DNA of 63,946 nt, the filler included, from Pseudovirgaria hyperparasitica (Eukaryota): the NCBI GenBank assembly GCA_010093815.1. It is 31 parts of 31 records of this genome, joined end to end, with 100 filler letters (N's around TTAATTAATTAA, not from the genome) between each part and the next. Parts side by side here need not be neighbours in the genome. Positions count along the whole stretch, not along the records: positions 10,210 to 13,300 come from ML996657.1; positions 13,401 to 16,245 come from ML996658.1; positions 16,346 to 19,146 come from ML996659.1; positions 19,247 to 22,013 come from ML996660.1; positions 22,114 to 24,725 come from ML996661.1; 26 more parts are not named here. One strand, 5' to 3'. The translations under genes and the position numbers were made by a program. Shown here piece after piece: positions 11,205 through 23,450 of the stretch (position 1 is its first letter; each line of letters begins with the position of its first letter). The notes below the pieces were generated by a model that was not told the DNA's origin, did no database searches, and was given only the letters and a program-made list of their open reading frames with translations.

Positions 11205-12313
11205 ATGAGCTCCCGTGGCTCAATCGATGATGGCTGTGGTGGCGAGGATGCTTCTACTCCACTCCTCCCTCGATTGCTCCCCGCTTTGGGGGGTCATGGA
11301 AGTCGAGGTCCCAGCATTCGACTCTCGTCTGCACCGCCCAAAAGGATAGGAAACCCTATGGCGTGCGGCCCCTGTAAAGCCAGGAAGTCGCGGGTATGTT
11401 ACCATCGAGCTTTGACGACGGACGCCTCTAATATGTGAGGCGGGTGCTAGTGCGATGGAATTCGGCCAGTGTGTACAAGATGCCAGAAGAAGAACACCGG
11501 TTGTCAGTATGAGTTGCGAGCCGGTGTTTCTCGTCAAGTCGCCTTGAAGATCTTTAACGTTGATCTGAAGCGTGAGAACACCGACTTGAGAGAGCTTGTA
11601 TTACTCCTGAAGACGAAGAGTGAAGATGAAGCAAAAGCAATACTCAATATGATCAGATCCCACGACGATCCTCTCAGTGTTATCGAGAAGCTTCGACAAC
11701 ATAAACTGCCTTTCGCTTGGTCCGACACGCCGGGCCAGGACTCTGATAAGGCTGACGAGAAAGTCATCAAGAGTGCGATCCGGGTCCCTGCCCAGCCGTG
11801 GACAAGTGTGGCGACCGACGAAGTGGTCTCGGAGCTGATCACTGCCTGGTTCGCTTGGGAAGACACGACACTGTTTTCGTATATCACACTAGATCTTTTC
11901 GTAGCAGACATGAAAGCAAGCGATCCAGAGCGTGCGACATTTTGCTCTCCCTTCCTCGTCAATGCCATCTGTGCTGCCAAAGCCATCAGTTGCATCGCAC
12001 GAGCTCATAGAATGAGAAGTGTCCACAAGGCCTTCAAGTCCATGGACAAGCCTGCCGCAGACGCAACGTCTGAAAGTACATGGGAGCTAAGCGAACGATT
12101 CCTCGCCGCTGTGAAGGAGCACTTGGAGCTTCAGTGCGGACGGGCTTGGCTTCCTACCATCCACGGACTGTATTGTCTTTTTCAGCACGCATCTATCTCA
12201 GGAGTAGATCGGGCAGGCTAGTTCTATCGACTTGCTGCGATCGACATGATAAGCCGTCTCAACCTCACAAAGGTAGACCACGTGCTCAAAAGGGACATAT
12301 TGCATACTGCTAA
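11205..12313 (+). pseudogene. Zn(II)2Cys6 transcription factor (NirA-like), truncated, with premature stop
   Basis: ACGPCKARKSR | intron 11394-11450 (GTATGT..CTAAT..TAG) | CDGIRPVCTRCQKKNTGCQY, then VPAQPWTSVATDEVVSELI and FCSPFLVNAICA. TAG at 12219 lies inside a continuing frame. Confidence 0.85.
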
Positions 12314-12875
12314 GAACCGAGCTAGACGACACCTGAACCTTCAATACCTGAATTTGGATGAACCAGAATGGCTCGCCTCGCTCAAATTTTCTCGCTTTAG
12401 CAGATGTCAGGATATGTCAGGATAGTCTATGACAAGGGTTAATATTTACCCATCAAAACACTTTCAATTCAAGACCTTCACACTCTATAACCCATTTCTC
12501 AAATTGGTGACAAATGTTAGAAATACCGGGAGCAGTTAGTAGGTGAAGGGTGTATATCCTGGCGAAGAATTGTAACGATACGCACGAATCGGCCATCAAC
12601 GCTGTGCAGTTATGCATTGCCAGCATGATCCTCTGTCCAAAAGATAATCGGAACGTCGGGAAGTTAAGCGCTAGACTTTTTTAGTCATGGTCCAGGAATA
12701 CCTGCATCGTGTATAACTATGCACGACTCGAAAATGTCCCGCTAGGTTGACATCGTCTGCGACCTATCTATATATTCACCTTATTCACATCTCTTCGAAA
12801 TAGTTTTATTGCAAGCTTATTTCCAACTTCGCACATTGTGCATCGTCAGCATTACTTTAAAACGTCACTTGCAGT

Positions 12876-13064
12876 ATGGCTGACAACCCACCGCCTTCGA
12901 AGGACGAACAAGACAAAGCGAGACGCGCAGTTAACGAAAATATTATGAATAACCCGGCGGGCACAGCACTCGTTCAGGCCGCGGGTCTCTCCTCTCAGCG
13001 CAAGAGACAAGAGCTCAAGGAAAAGAAGGAGAAAGAGGAGAAAGAGAAGAAGGATGACAAATAG
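12876..13064 (+). CDS. Small charged hypothetical protein (62 aa)
   Basis: ATG in good context, TATATA about 105 bp upstream, K/E-rich C-terminus. Confidence 0.45.
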   Translation: MADNPPPSKDEQDKARRAVNENIMNNPAGTALVQAAGLSSQRKRQELKEKKEKEEKEKKDDK

Positions 13065-13444
13065 GTGCGTCATTCGATCCAGTACTCTTTTCCAAGTTGA
13101 CAGCACCGAAGCTGTCGCTCCTAACACTTTGACAGTCGTTCCTTTAGCATGTCATGCTTCACTCGAACTTGAGGGTGGGTATTGGTGGGGCAGTGTACGC
13201 GATTCGCGACACATCGGTTGACGAATTCAGTCCACATTACGGTCTACAAATGTACTGAACACTATTAAATCGAATCAAGATTTTATTTGAGAAATTTTAC
13301 NNNNNNNNNNNNNNNNNNNNNNNNNNNNNNNNNNNNNNNNNNNNTTAATTAATTAANNNNNNNNNNNNNNNNNNNNNNNNNNNNNNNNNNNNNNNNNNNN
13401 CTGCAATTTTTCTATGAGAGAGCTGAGCGTGAGGGTACTACCGG

Positions 13445-14623
13445 CTATGTCCGTGGATTCGCTCCATAAACGATGAAGGAATGATTGAGCCTTTGCGTGC
13501 CACGGACATACTGCACAGCACCTGGGACAGCCATCCAAAAACGCATGTCTTCGCCTCGCTTGAAGTGCTCCGAGATATGCGTAACACGGTGCTTCCATGA
13601 GTTCAGAAGATAACCACAAATACCGCACCAGTAACTGGGTTCGATCTGGGGCTTTGAAAATCGCGACAAGATATCCTCGTTCGGATTGAAAATCTTATGG
13701 CAATTTTCAATATGCTTAATGAATTTGTCTTTCCTGGTGAACGTACGTCTTGATTCTTCCTTCTTGATACACTGACACAGGTCGTGTGACTGTAGATGCA
13801 AAGACGTGGGGCTGTTCATTCCACCAAATACACACTGAGTCTTCTTCGCGATTGATGGAGATGTTACAGCCTTTTCGGGCATGCAGATCCACTGCTGCAA
13901 GCGGAGATGTATAGTTTGCTCGTGTCGCTCCCAGTCATACCTGCGCTTGAAGTCCTGCACACAGAAAGTGCACTGGAAGATGTGATCGGGAGAAGACGGT
14001 GTCCGGAGTAGCGATGCGGTAAGATCAGGCTGAATGCGCCGCGACTTCTTCAGTCTACGCTTCTTCGGTGGTCTGTAGTTCTGGATGGGGTCGAGATTCG
14101 ACTGTGGAGAACACAAGTCGGAATTTTTGCCAAGCTTTTTGACACTCTTGGTACCTGCAGATGCTTTCGCTTGTCCTCGACAGAGCTTCCTCGCACGAGC
14201 ATTAGCGAAATATACTTGTACTTGACGGACACTTAGATCGGTGAGCGCAGCAAGCTCTTCACTCTCCTGCCTAGTAAGATCTGGGTCTGCGAGCCGCTGC
14301 GTGAATTGTTGAGCAAGTATAGCCTGCGCGTTGTGCGGAAAGGTCTTGCAATCTTTCGCAATCTTACAAGACTGACTCTCCTTTGTCGTGTCTCCCACAG
14401 GCGTCTGCCTTATTAGATATGAAGAATATCGAGGCTTTGAAAGGTTGGCAGCGGAGTACTCTATTCTTTCGAGTGACTGCGGTGCGGTCGAATGGACAGT
14501 CTCGCATGAGCCATACGCGGGAGATATATGATATCCATACCAGTGGTCGTGACTCCAGCATGAAGCGCTTTGTTGCGAGCATGGTTGCGTGTTTGTCTCC
14601 ATTGGCCTACATAAGTCCGTCAT
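13445..14623 (-). CDS. Homeobox plus C2H2 zinc-finger transcription factor (degenerate homeodomain)
   Basis: LAALTDLSVRQVQVYFANARARK recognition helix; FQCTFCVQDFKRRYDWERHEQTIH; RTFTRKDKFIKHIENCH; WCGICG...RVTHISEHF. Confidence 0.88.
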   Translation of the reverse strand: MTDLCRPMETNTQPCSQQSASCWSHDHWYGYHISPAYGSCETVHSTAPQSLERIEYSAANLSKPRYSSYLIRQTPVGDTTKESQSCKIAKDCKTFPHNAQAILAQQFTQRLADPDLTRQESEELAALTDLSVRQVQVYFANARARKLCRGQAKASAGTKSVKKLGKNSDLCSPQSNLDPIQNYRPPKKRRLKKSRRIQPDLTASLLRTPSSPDHIFQCTFCVQDFKRRYDWERHEQTIHLRLQQWICMPEKAVTSPSIAKKTQCVFGGMNSPTSLHLQSHDLCQCIKKEESRRTFTRKDKFIKHIENCHKIFNPNEDILSRFSKPQIEPSYWCGICGYLLNSWKHRVTHISEHFKRGEDMRFWMAVPGAVQYVRGTQRLNHSFIVYGANPRT

Positions 14624-16942
14624 GGTTTAGTAGCATAATTTGCGTGCCGTAGTATCGTTACTGACTGGGCTTGGTCTGCACTCGTGTTAGACTCGAGGAG
14701 AGGCTCCTGCGAGCCTGATAGCACATATATACTGTCCCAGTATAGGCTTATTCATCTGCAATGAGTCAAGAGGCTTTGGCAGAGCCATGGCTGAACAAAG
14801 CGGCACTATAGGAAAAGAGTATTATCGTTAGTACAGCCAAGGCGACTGACATGGTTTGGCTCAGATATAGATTCCGAGATAGCGTAGCAGAATCTATGGC
14901 TCAGCATGGCTTAGCTGATTGGAGAGCGGCGATGACCTGGTGGATCTCGTGGCTCAGATACTTGTTACCATCTTGCAAGCTTGCTTGAGACATGATGCTC
15001 GTGTAGCGCAGTCGTTTCGCTAGGTGTGAATGGTGCAGATTGAGTCTTCTGTTACAGTGCATACTGGCGCCATTGTTTACCTGCCAAGGTCTTGGCAGTC
15101 TAGAATCCTGGACCAGTGCTGACCAGCTTAATGAGTAGATCTTGTCACAGTGCCGTAAAATAATGAAGACTCGCCCAGAAGTCGGTCCACTGGTTGCCTA
15201 CTTACTGAGCCTTACAGAGACGCTTCCTGCGCGCCCTGTAGCTCTCATCACTGCAGGGATCAATCAACTTATACCTAGTACGATACAACAGCGAAATGGC
15301 ACACAGCGTCGGCATGTGGGGCCTGCGCCTTTTCAGACTGCCTCTTCCGGACATCAGTCTTTTCGAAACTTAGTATTTAAAGCACTCTTAGTTGTACTTA
15401 CGCCCGGCAGAATTCTGGAGGATACTGACTTTCTAGCGTCCGCCTTGACAGCAAGATGCAGTCGCAAACGCCCCTCGAACCATTGTCAGCGACTTCCCTA
15501 GGAGCAGAAACAGAGTGTGAAGTCCTCTCAGATGACCCCTATGCTGTCTACATACCCCAGCAGCTCAATTATTCCGGGTTGTCTTCTAGGACTTCGAACG
15601 AGGTCTGTGGCTCCTACAATTTCGGGGACCCAGGCGTATACTTGGATCAAGCAGACGGCTGAGGACTTCCTTCGCACGACCGGTAACGGAATCTCAGACG
15701 TCGGATGATCTGTCTATCTCGCACACGCACAAAAGTCTTCTCAATGCTATATCTAGAGGCTAACATGACGGCCCGGTTCGGACCTCGGACCGGATCTTGT
15801 CGCTTTCACTCCGTGCCTCTCCTATTTATAGCTGCTTTTCTACTATACTTAAGGGGCTTTCACTGTCGGTATGCCTAGAACATGATGATAAGAAGTTGAG
15901 CATTCTTTCCATGCCAATGGACTCAGGAGTCCAAGCGGTGAACCCCCGAAATGGATCGAATATTACTAAAAGATTGACTAAAAGATAATCCCTTACGGAA
16001 TGAAACTTGTAGTATAGAAAACATACCTTAAAGTATCCAAACTAATATGCTGAGCCATGACCGTACTGAGTCGGTATCACTGATTCGAGATCCATGCCCT
16101 TACTGAGCCATGACCAGTCTCTATCCAGCCTGTTCGGTCTATTTCGAATCCTCGCTTTCGGTTGTAATGATGCTACTTTTAGATTGCGTGATTGAATCTA
16201 AGCAATCGTCGTGCTGAGCTTTGAAGTAGGTGGAGCATACAATCANNNNNNNNNNNNNNNNNNNNNNNNNNNNNNNNNNNNNNNNNNNNTTAATTAATTA
16301 ANNNNNNNNNNNNNNNNNNNNNNNNNNNNNNNNNNNNNNNNNNNNGAGCCAGGCGCATCGCCCAGTGCGTCCCGGACACCATGGCAGCCGCGTGGCCTCA
16401 AGAGATGGTGTGGCCCATCGCGCTCCGCGAGCACGCAACTCACTCCTCGCTCCCTGATGTTCCACCACTGACAATACGCGCTGCCAGCACTAACCTCCAT
16501 CAGTATTGAGGCACTATGTACGACCAGTGGCTGGCCTGAAGCCTCCACTCGAACAGGGTGACTGATTGCCATGGGACCCATGCAACCCTTTGCTCCGAGA
16601 GCACAACACACATCTCAAAGTTCAAAGCGATTCCGCGAACTGATCCCGAGGATGGATTCAGTAGCTTTAAGCCTTGTATATTTCTCTGCAGGCCATTGTT
16701 CTTATATCTATAGGCTGAAGCCGTTGTGAGCATAACCAAGGAGTCAGGTGAGATTACCGTCCGTTATCTGACGGAGATGACGATATAATTTATAGGTTGT
16801 GTACTCTTCACCTTCCAGGATTATAAGAACCCCTCCGATTAATCTGAAACGCGGTACCACACCGGGTCACGGACTGATCTGGGAGGCAAACTGCCATTTT
16901 GGTGCTATTCCACGGCGCATGATATGCGTCTTGGAAAATGTA

Positions 16943-18375
16943 CTAGCTATCTCTGTCATCCTCTGATGCTATATAAAGCTTTGTGTAAAATCTGATAATC
17001 CTTGCCAAGAGCTGGTGCGAGGTTTGAGTATGTCTTGAATTTGTGCATCGTTTATTCAAGGAGTTCGGGGACTTCATGGATCGGGGCAAACCCGTCAAGG
17101 TCTTTAAACCATACAGACTCGCAGCACTGTGCAAGAACCAAGCAATTTCCGAATTGACTGTCGTCTCATGTTAGGTGTTTGATATCATGTGTTTGATATC
17201 ATGTGTTTGATATCATGTGTTTGATATCTTATGTAATAATGAATGATACTCACGCATGGATTGTGCCAAAAATATTCGTTACCTTTGGACGTGTTCGAAT
17301 ACCGTCGAAAGCTTCGGTACTCCGGATCAAGGACCACATGCAGGCATGACTAAGTAGCATGCTCCTGAATGCTTTGGTACTAATGCCATCCCGAGACTGA
17401 GTTAGATCACTATCAAGAAGATCTTCAAGTGAATTCCCCCATTCCGCTTCCCGGAGCTTTGAAGCCGTCAAGCTCTCTTTTCGAGATCTGATGTAATTCC
17501 ATGCTCGGTACATCTCGGTCGGCTTCTGGGCAATGGTATTCGTAGTGTAGGTATGGTCGAGTAATGATTTTTTTCTGCACCATAGTATTTCGCTCGTAGC
17601 CTAGTAATATTTAGATCTGGGGAAGGATCGTCATAATCATCCCAATCCACACTCATCGCTTTACTCACGTTTAGCCAGTTATATAGCCGATTGAGAAACG
17701 AAGGTATGCCTGTTGACGCCTCTCTGCCGAATGGAGGTTCGTATACGCCAGCTGGGAAGTTGTGTGGTGGATGGTTCCATAAGGGGAATAGGTACATGGG
17801 GACCTGATTGAGTATCTTACGCAATTTTATCTGTGCTGAATACAACACTATGGTGATGTCACGCTGGTTGTCGACTTGCTGGGCCTTGTCTTCGTGTGTC
17901 AGACCTTCACCCCTACCGTATATCCGTAAGATTCCCCGTTCTTCTCCAATCTTTAAGGGGTAGTCACCCAAAATAGGAACCAGTTCCAGACGAGGAGACT
18001 GGATTGGCTTGGACTAATGTTTGAAGAAATACGGTACTGGTAGTATATGTGTGAAAATACTGTACCATGCACGAGGTTCTTTTTGATAAGGACACTTCAG
18101 CCTCGTTGGCTATTCTCTTTTCCATGTCGAAGCAGATGGAAGCAAAATGATGCACTGTACGGCCTTACAAACCCCTCAACTTGGCGGAATGGGATCCGGA
18201 TGCCTTGGGCTTTATATCTATGACGGACTGTGCGACATCTCTCGGAGATCTTGCTGCTCATACATTTGTTTCCCAAATTCATGGTGATGCGGACCTCGAA
18301 TGGTATGTCATGTACGTCACGCGGACTACTCGCGTACTGTTCGTGGAATGATCTGTATTGTACATAGCCTATCAT
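16943..18375 (-). pseudogene. Fragmented fungal C6 zinc-cluster-type TF (middle/C-terminal region)
   Basis: Broken frames with LRIYGRGEG, YSAQIKLRKILNQV, DDPSPDLNITRLRAKYYGA and TNIFGTIHA|intron|QFGNCLVL; several frameshifts. Confidence 0.7.
17175..17228 (+). repeat. 14-bp tandem repeat GTGTTTGATATCAT x~4 (intronic)
   Basis: Directly visible; lies inside the predicted intron of the C6 pseudogene. Confidence 0.9.
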
Positions 18376-18731
18376 CCCTCTGTCGCAATCACATCATCGG
18401 CTACCCTATCTCTTCTCTGAACCAATTTCAACTTCTTGGAACGGGGGCAAGTCTCGAATAGCTTTGGCGTTACGCGAATCGGAATGGGGTAGTTCTGGTC
18501 CTGTTGGCCTTGTTAGTACATTCTCCCAGATGATCAGCGCCTTCATCTTACTAGCATCTTCAGATCTGTCAGCCAAGAGACACCGTCCTCGGAGTCACAT
18601 ATATAAATCTTTTGACCGCGCCTTATGACGATGAAGATGTCTGCGCCATAGCTCTTCTTGAAAAGCACGCCTTTCCGAAGAAAATTGTCTTTAGCCTTGC
18701 GGAACTTTTCATTGACCAATTTTTGGCCCAT
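18372..18731 (-). CDS. Small MADS-box (SRF-type)-like protein, one intron (18551-18501)
   Basis: EKFRKAKDNFLRKGVLFKKSYGADIFIVIRRGQKIY resembles a MADS domain. GTAAG..CTAAC..CAG intron leads in frame to DQNYPIP...TEG*. Confidence 0.7.
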
Positions 18732-18842
18732 GCTTACGAGTCAGGTAGGGCTATTTCGCATAAAGTGTCAAGTTGCGCAGTATACCCTAGGTAAAGAGCT
18801 CATAGTGAGTGACTTACGGTAATGTATGCTCAGTCACTAAGG

Positions 18843-18926
18843 CTTTACTGAGCCGTCACACTTTACTGAGCCGTCACACTTTACTGAGCCGTCACACTTT
18901 ACTGAGCCGTCACACTTTACTGAGCC
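18843..18926 (+). repeat. 18-bp tandem repeat CTTTACTGAGCCGTCACA x4.7
   Basis: Perfect array about 110 bp upstream of the MADS-like start codon. Confidence 0.95.
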
Positions 18927-19246
18927 ACTACAATATTCAACGCTAATATCCTTACGATTTAAACTGAGACGTGAGAGATTCTGTCCTGGTGACTAGTCGC
19001 CAGCTGATCATGAAACCACATCGGCTTCCACCTGCCCTTTCCAGCGAAGACTTTCAGAAGTGGACTTGCCTAGGCTTCATATTGAAGTCCTGCCCCAAAG
19101 TAGACTGGCCTTTGCACTGTCGACAAGCCTTACCAAATCTGCGACTNNNNNNNNNNNNNNNNNNNNNNNNNNNNNNNNNNNNNNNNNNNNTTAATTAATT
19201 AANNNNNNNNNNNNNNNNNNNNNNNNNNNNNNNNNNNNNNNNNNNN

Positions 19247-19293
19247 TGTCCTACTGTCCTACTGTCCTACTGTCCTACTGTCCTACTGTCCTA
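19247..19293 (+). repeat. (TGTCCTAC)n microsatellite
   Basis: Visible at contig start. Confidence 0.95.
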
Positions 19294-19644
19294 CCTTGCG
19301 TATCCAAATAAGGCTAGAACAATTAATTGACTAGCTTATCGCTGGACCTTTGTAAAAGTGAATCTTATTTGGGCGATTTGAGGACCATTAGCGCGCTTTC
19401 ACGCCGGCGTGCGCCAAGATCCATTTACACCCTGAATGTGCACCCGATTCTGATTCAAAATTGAGTGGCCCGGAACGGCTTAATTCGGTGAAGAATATCT
19501 TATATATGCCTCAGGAAAGCATTCTCGCGACTTGATTGCACCTCGGCGTCTCTCGGAACGCTCTTTTGGAACTTTCTTGTTTACTTTGACTTCAGAGCGC
19601 GGCAGAAATCCATCTTTGAGTACTTCTTCTCTCCCCAGCGAGCG

Positions 19645-20248
19645 TTGTGGACACTGGGTTACATTTGCCAGTGCTTTGCGCCTCTTCTCGTGATCATCGG
19701 GGGCGCCGCTCACTGGACTACTCAGTTGCCACTATGGGCGAGGTGGACATTGGCAGCTGTGGAATGTTCCTCTTTTGCTCGAGCATTCGTGAGCGTAAGT
19801 GTCTCAACGATGGCGAGGCTGGTGCTCTGACCGTATTCAGTCCAAATTCAGCATTCGCTTCCTGAACATCAGCGTTACTTCATACTGGCATCATGGCACA
19901 AATCTGTCCCTTGTCAGCATCATTCTCATTATCGCTGTCTCGCCGCTCAGCGACCTTCGTATCAGGGCATGCGGTGTCGCTTCTGCTTATGCTGCGCAGG
20001 TCGTTGCTTTGGTTCCAGGAGTCGTGCTGATGTCGAGAAGGATCTGGCATCAGTATCGGGATCCTCGTGGGTGGGAAGGGGAGCTTGGTTTCTGGTTCTG
20101 GATTTGGACGTTGCTCAATGCCGCCTGTGACATGGCTTCTGGTGGAATTGGGATAGTAGACGTCGTCTCCGTAGCAGGGATCGCTTCCGTGTGGACCAAT
20201 GAAAAGGTTGACGCGGTAAGTCGTCCATTGTCTTGTCTTAACTCTTAG
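19645..20248 (+). pseudogene. Small multi-pass membrane protein, disrupted or spliced; paralogue at about 24003-24384
   Basis: Hydrophobic frames. LVIIGGAAHWTTQLPLWARWTLAAVECS aligns with LFVIAGCVGHWTTRSSFWEEWTLSSFECS. Confidence 0.5.
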
Positions 20249-21674
20249 ATCTGACAGACCTAGGTATTCCTTGGTTTGCAGTTCCTTCGATCTGGTCTCC
20301 ACTTCTCCTTGGTGCTTCAAAAATCATTCCAGAATAAGGCCGTTGAAGAGCCAGTCTTATCATCTGGGCAGACAATCTCAGGTTCTGTTTCTGAAAAAGA
20401 ACAAGACCATGGTTCGCAGAGGTATGTCTCGGTTACCAGCTTGGTCTGATGTGCTCCTGAGCTGCCTTGCGCAATCAAGCATATTCGTTGTTTTCCAGTC
20501 CTCAAAAGAAATTTTCATAGTCGTCTGTAGTCAGGAGCTTAATGAAGATGGCTGCTTGCAAAACAGTCTAGTACCTTGCACACTGAATCAAATGTCCGAA
20601 CGAGTTCGTCAGTATGAACTCATCCTAGAGCTTAAGACTCTGAGTTGCACGGATGGTTTTCCCAGGGGGGAGAAGCGCTAAGCGATCACAATGTGATTGC
20701 GCAGGGGAGGGTAATCTGAACGAGACCTGGGGGTCCATTTCAAGCTATGAGAACATGGCACCGCTCAGCGCTCATCGCGGCTCGCTTAAATCGTAGTGCA
20801 CACCATCCATCGTTCGCCTCAATAGACGTGGCGTCTGTGACCCGGGCCAGCTGAACAAGCCGGTTCATGATCCCAACTCCTGTGTGACATGACAACTTAC
20901 CACTTCGGGGTCGCTAATGATGCCGGGAACAGCTCGTCATCCGTGGGATGCTCGGTGCAGATGTCGTAAGCTCGTTATGTGATGCTGGCGTTCCTCATAT
21001 AAAATATGAGCATCCGTCGCAATTCGTCTTGCAAACCAAGGTCGTGCCATATTCCAAATCTTTCTCTTCCATCAGACCTTGTGGTCCTCATATTCGCGAC
21101 AGACTCCATATTATCCTTGGAACAGGATGGGAGAGAGCGAGTCCAGGCACAGAGGAGCTTCTCACAGTTCGTGCACTTCAGAGTCGAGATAGAGAACTTC
21201 CGAATAACTTTTCGCAGGGCATCTTCCCAGCATTGCCGAGATGCTCAGCGACGCACAGTCTTCGTCTCCACCCGGCCAGTGCGACGTCCGCATTGCAAGA
21301 CGTGACACCTTTAATCAAGAAGTTCCTACTGTGCGCTCAAGAGACTACGCAATTCTTGGAGCATACTCCTACACTCCTATCCGAACAGACAATAGCAGGT
21401 TGGACCGAACGCAACTTCAATATCAATAGATCCTTGTTCTCGCCTGGAACGGAAAACGGCAAGTTAGTCTCATGCGTACCGTGAGGCCGCCAGTATCCAG
21501 TCCTATCTGTGGTTGAAGGGCCAGGTCCAACATCTGGGATGCCGACAATGTCTCGCTTCCACCCGAATCTGAACGCCGGTTGATCGATAGACCGCGGATC
21601 CGCAACTGTGGAATCGCAGGCTCAGGACCACATGGCCAACGCCTTGGACGAAGCGCTACCAACGGTCAACGGGT

Positions 21675-21812
21675 TCGAAGCAGGCTGATGAAAAATGCAA
21701 ACGGAATGCAGACGCCTCGGCTCGTTTTCGGCAGCGACGCAAAGAGAGGATAGCTCATCTTGAAACGGAACTAGAAAAGGCGTTGTCAAAGATAGAGGAG
21801 TTGGAATCGTAG
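21675..21812 (+). pseudogene. bZIP domain fragment (not in ORF track)
   Basis: Hand translation: SKQADEKCKRNADASARFRQRRKERIAHLETELEKALSKIEELES*. Has the N-x7-R basic region and a zipper. No in-frame ATG after the stop at 21588. Confidence 0.8.
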
Positions 21813-22639
21813 ACGGGGAATCGCTTTGAAGGACAAGGAGCTTCGTCGACTAATATCGACACGATGAAAGCTCAGAAGAGGGCCGTGGATGTGCGAGGGG
21901 TCTAGGTCGACAGTGATCTCTACGTTTGTGATCCAATAGTTACTTAATTTTTACGCGACTTCGAATAAGAAATAGGGCTTAAGTATGAATTGTTCAAGAA
22001 AGAAATTGCGTCTNNNNNNNNNNNNNNNNNNNNNNNNNNNNNNNNNNNNNNNNNNNNTTAATTAATTAANNNNNNNNNNNNNNNNNNNNNNNNNNNNNNN
22101 NNNNNNNNNNNNNACCACGCGCCCTGGGTTGGTCCTTGTGCGTGTCAAGTGGAGGCTGCAGAGCCTGCAGCGGCGGCGGCGCTGTGCTCGTTGAGATATT
22201 GCCTTGCTCTTCGCTGGGTCTTGACGCTGGTTCTGGTGTTAGAGACGGGGTCCGCTGCTGACGTGGCTCGATGTTCTTATCAGGGATGAGGAGATCGCTG
22301 CCAGACTCAGCAGCCTGCGCCTTGGGTTTGTGTTCTTGAGTATCAAGTGGAGGCTGCGAGGCCTGCAGCAGCGTTGAAGCCGTGTCGGTGGAATGCTCCT
22401 TGCTGGTGTTCATACTGGTGCTCATGACTGCTGTGGTGTGTTGAGCGTCCAGTGCCTTCGCCAAAGATCTTTTATATTCTCTGGACGGTGGGCACTAAAA
22501 AGGTCCTGTGCAAGTTTATCGTTCGAGGGCCCATAATAGAGACATACCGGTCCCGCCCTGCCGCTAAATGGGACCAGATAGCGATATAACTCTAGAATAG
22601 AGACTGGGGACTTCTTTAACTATAAATATATATACTTCT

Positions 22640-22800
22640 ATATATACTCTTACTCTATACATAGAGCATCTATGCAGGCCTGGTAGTGGTCAAAAACAAA
22701 TGGATCATAAGGCCCAAGCGGCTGCCGTCCAAGAGAAACTGGCTTGCCTCCCAGCATCTATCAGCAACCCCAGCTCCTCAGCGGCTTGCTCTCAAGTACT
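22640..22800 (+). pseudogene. Internally deleted copy of the 5' end of the Est1/SMG6-like gene
   Basis: Near-identical to the reverse complement of 53212-53118, then resumes at about 53022-52968. Confidence 0.85.
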
Positions 22801-23039
22801 GCTATATTGAGGAGATGGCTCGGCCTGGAACTGCTCATTAAGAAGCTGCGAAGACAGCAGGTGTTCTACTTAGCACAGCTGGTGTTTAGATAGGGATTAT
22901 ATGGTGTATCTTGGAGTAATCGCTACTACCCTCTGCCGGAGCGTCTCATCAATGTAATACCCATCTGCGGCATGTGTGAAGAAGCGTAGAGCTCACTGGT
23001 CGGCGTGGCTATGTGCAAAGGCGATGTGGAGGAATTCCT

Positions 23040-23450
23040 CAAAAGTTCGAGATGAGTGGCTCAATCTGTTGATTCGCTCAGACATCCACACCGTCTTTGA
23101 CCAGAAACGGTTCGCAATTATCCCAAAATCGAGTGCTTTCTTGGTGCACATCGTTGCTCTCGGGTCCTCGATGCAATTAGCAAACCTATATCACAATGTT
23201 GCGCTTCAACAACTCGTGGGCGTCGCTGTGCAATATCTTTTCGCACGTTTCGCGTGGACTGTATTTGCTCAACTTTCCAACTTTCTCCAGCAAGGCCTCA
23301 AGCGGACGCTCTGTACTTACGCTGAGGACGGGGAGATTCGTGTTGCTGAGTTCTCCGGTGATCAATGCAAACAGATCTTCGGTGGCAAATCACGTAGCCA
23401 AAGCCCGCGGAAACGACAACGTGATGTACCTATTATTCCGGCAGTATCAG
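23040..23450 (+). pseudogene. C-terminal part of a fungal HNH-endonuclease-domain (HNH_2-type) protein
   Basis: LLIRSDIHTVFDQKRFAIIPK...LYHNVAL...VQYLFARFAWTVF signature; N-terminal half absent. Confidence 0.75.

Noticed and set aside
17175..18926. 14-bp and 18-bp arrays as CRISPR
   Set aside because: Head-to-tail repeats without spacers in a eukaryotic genome.
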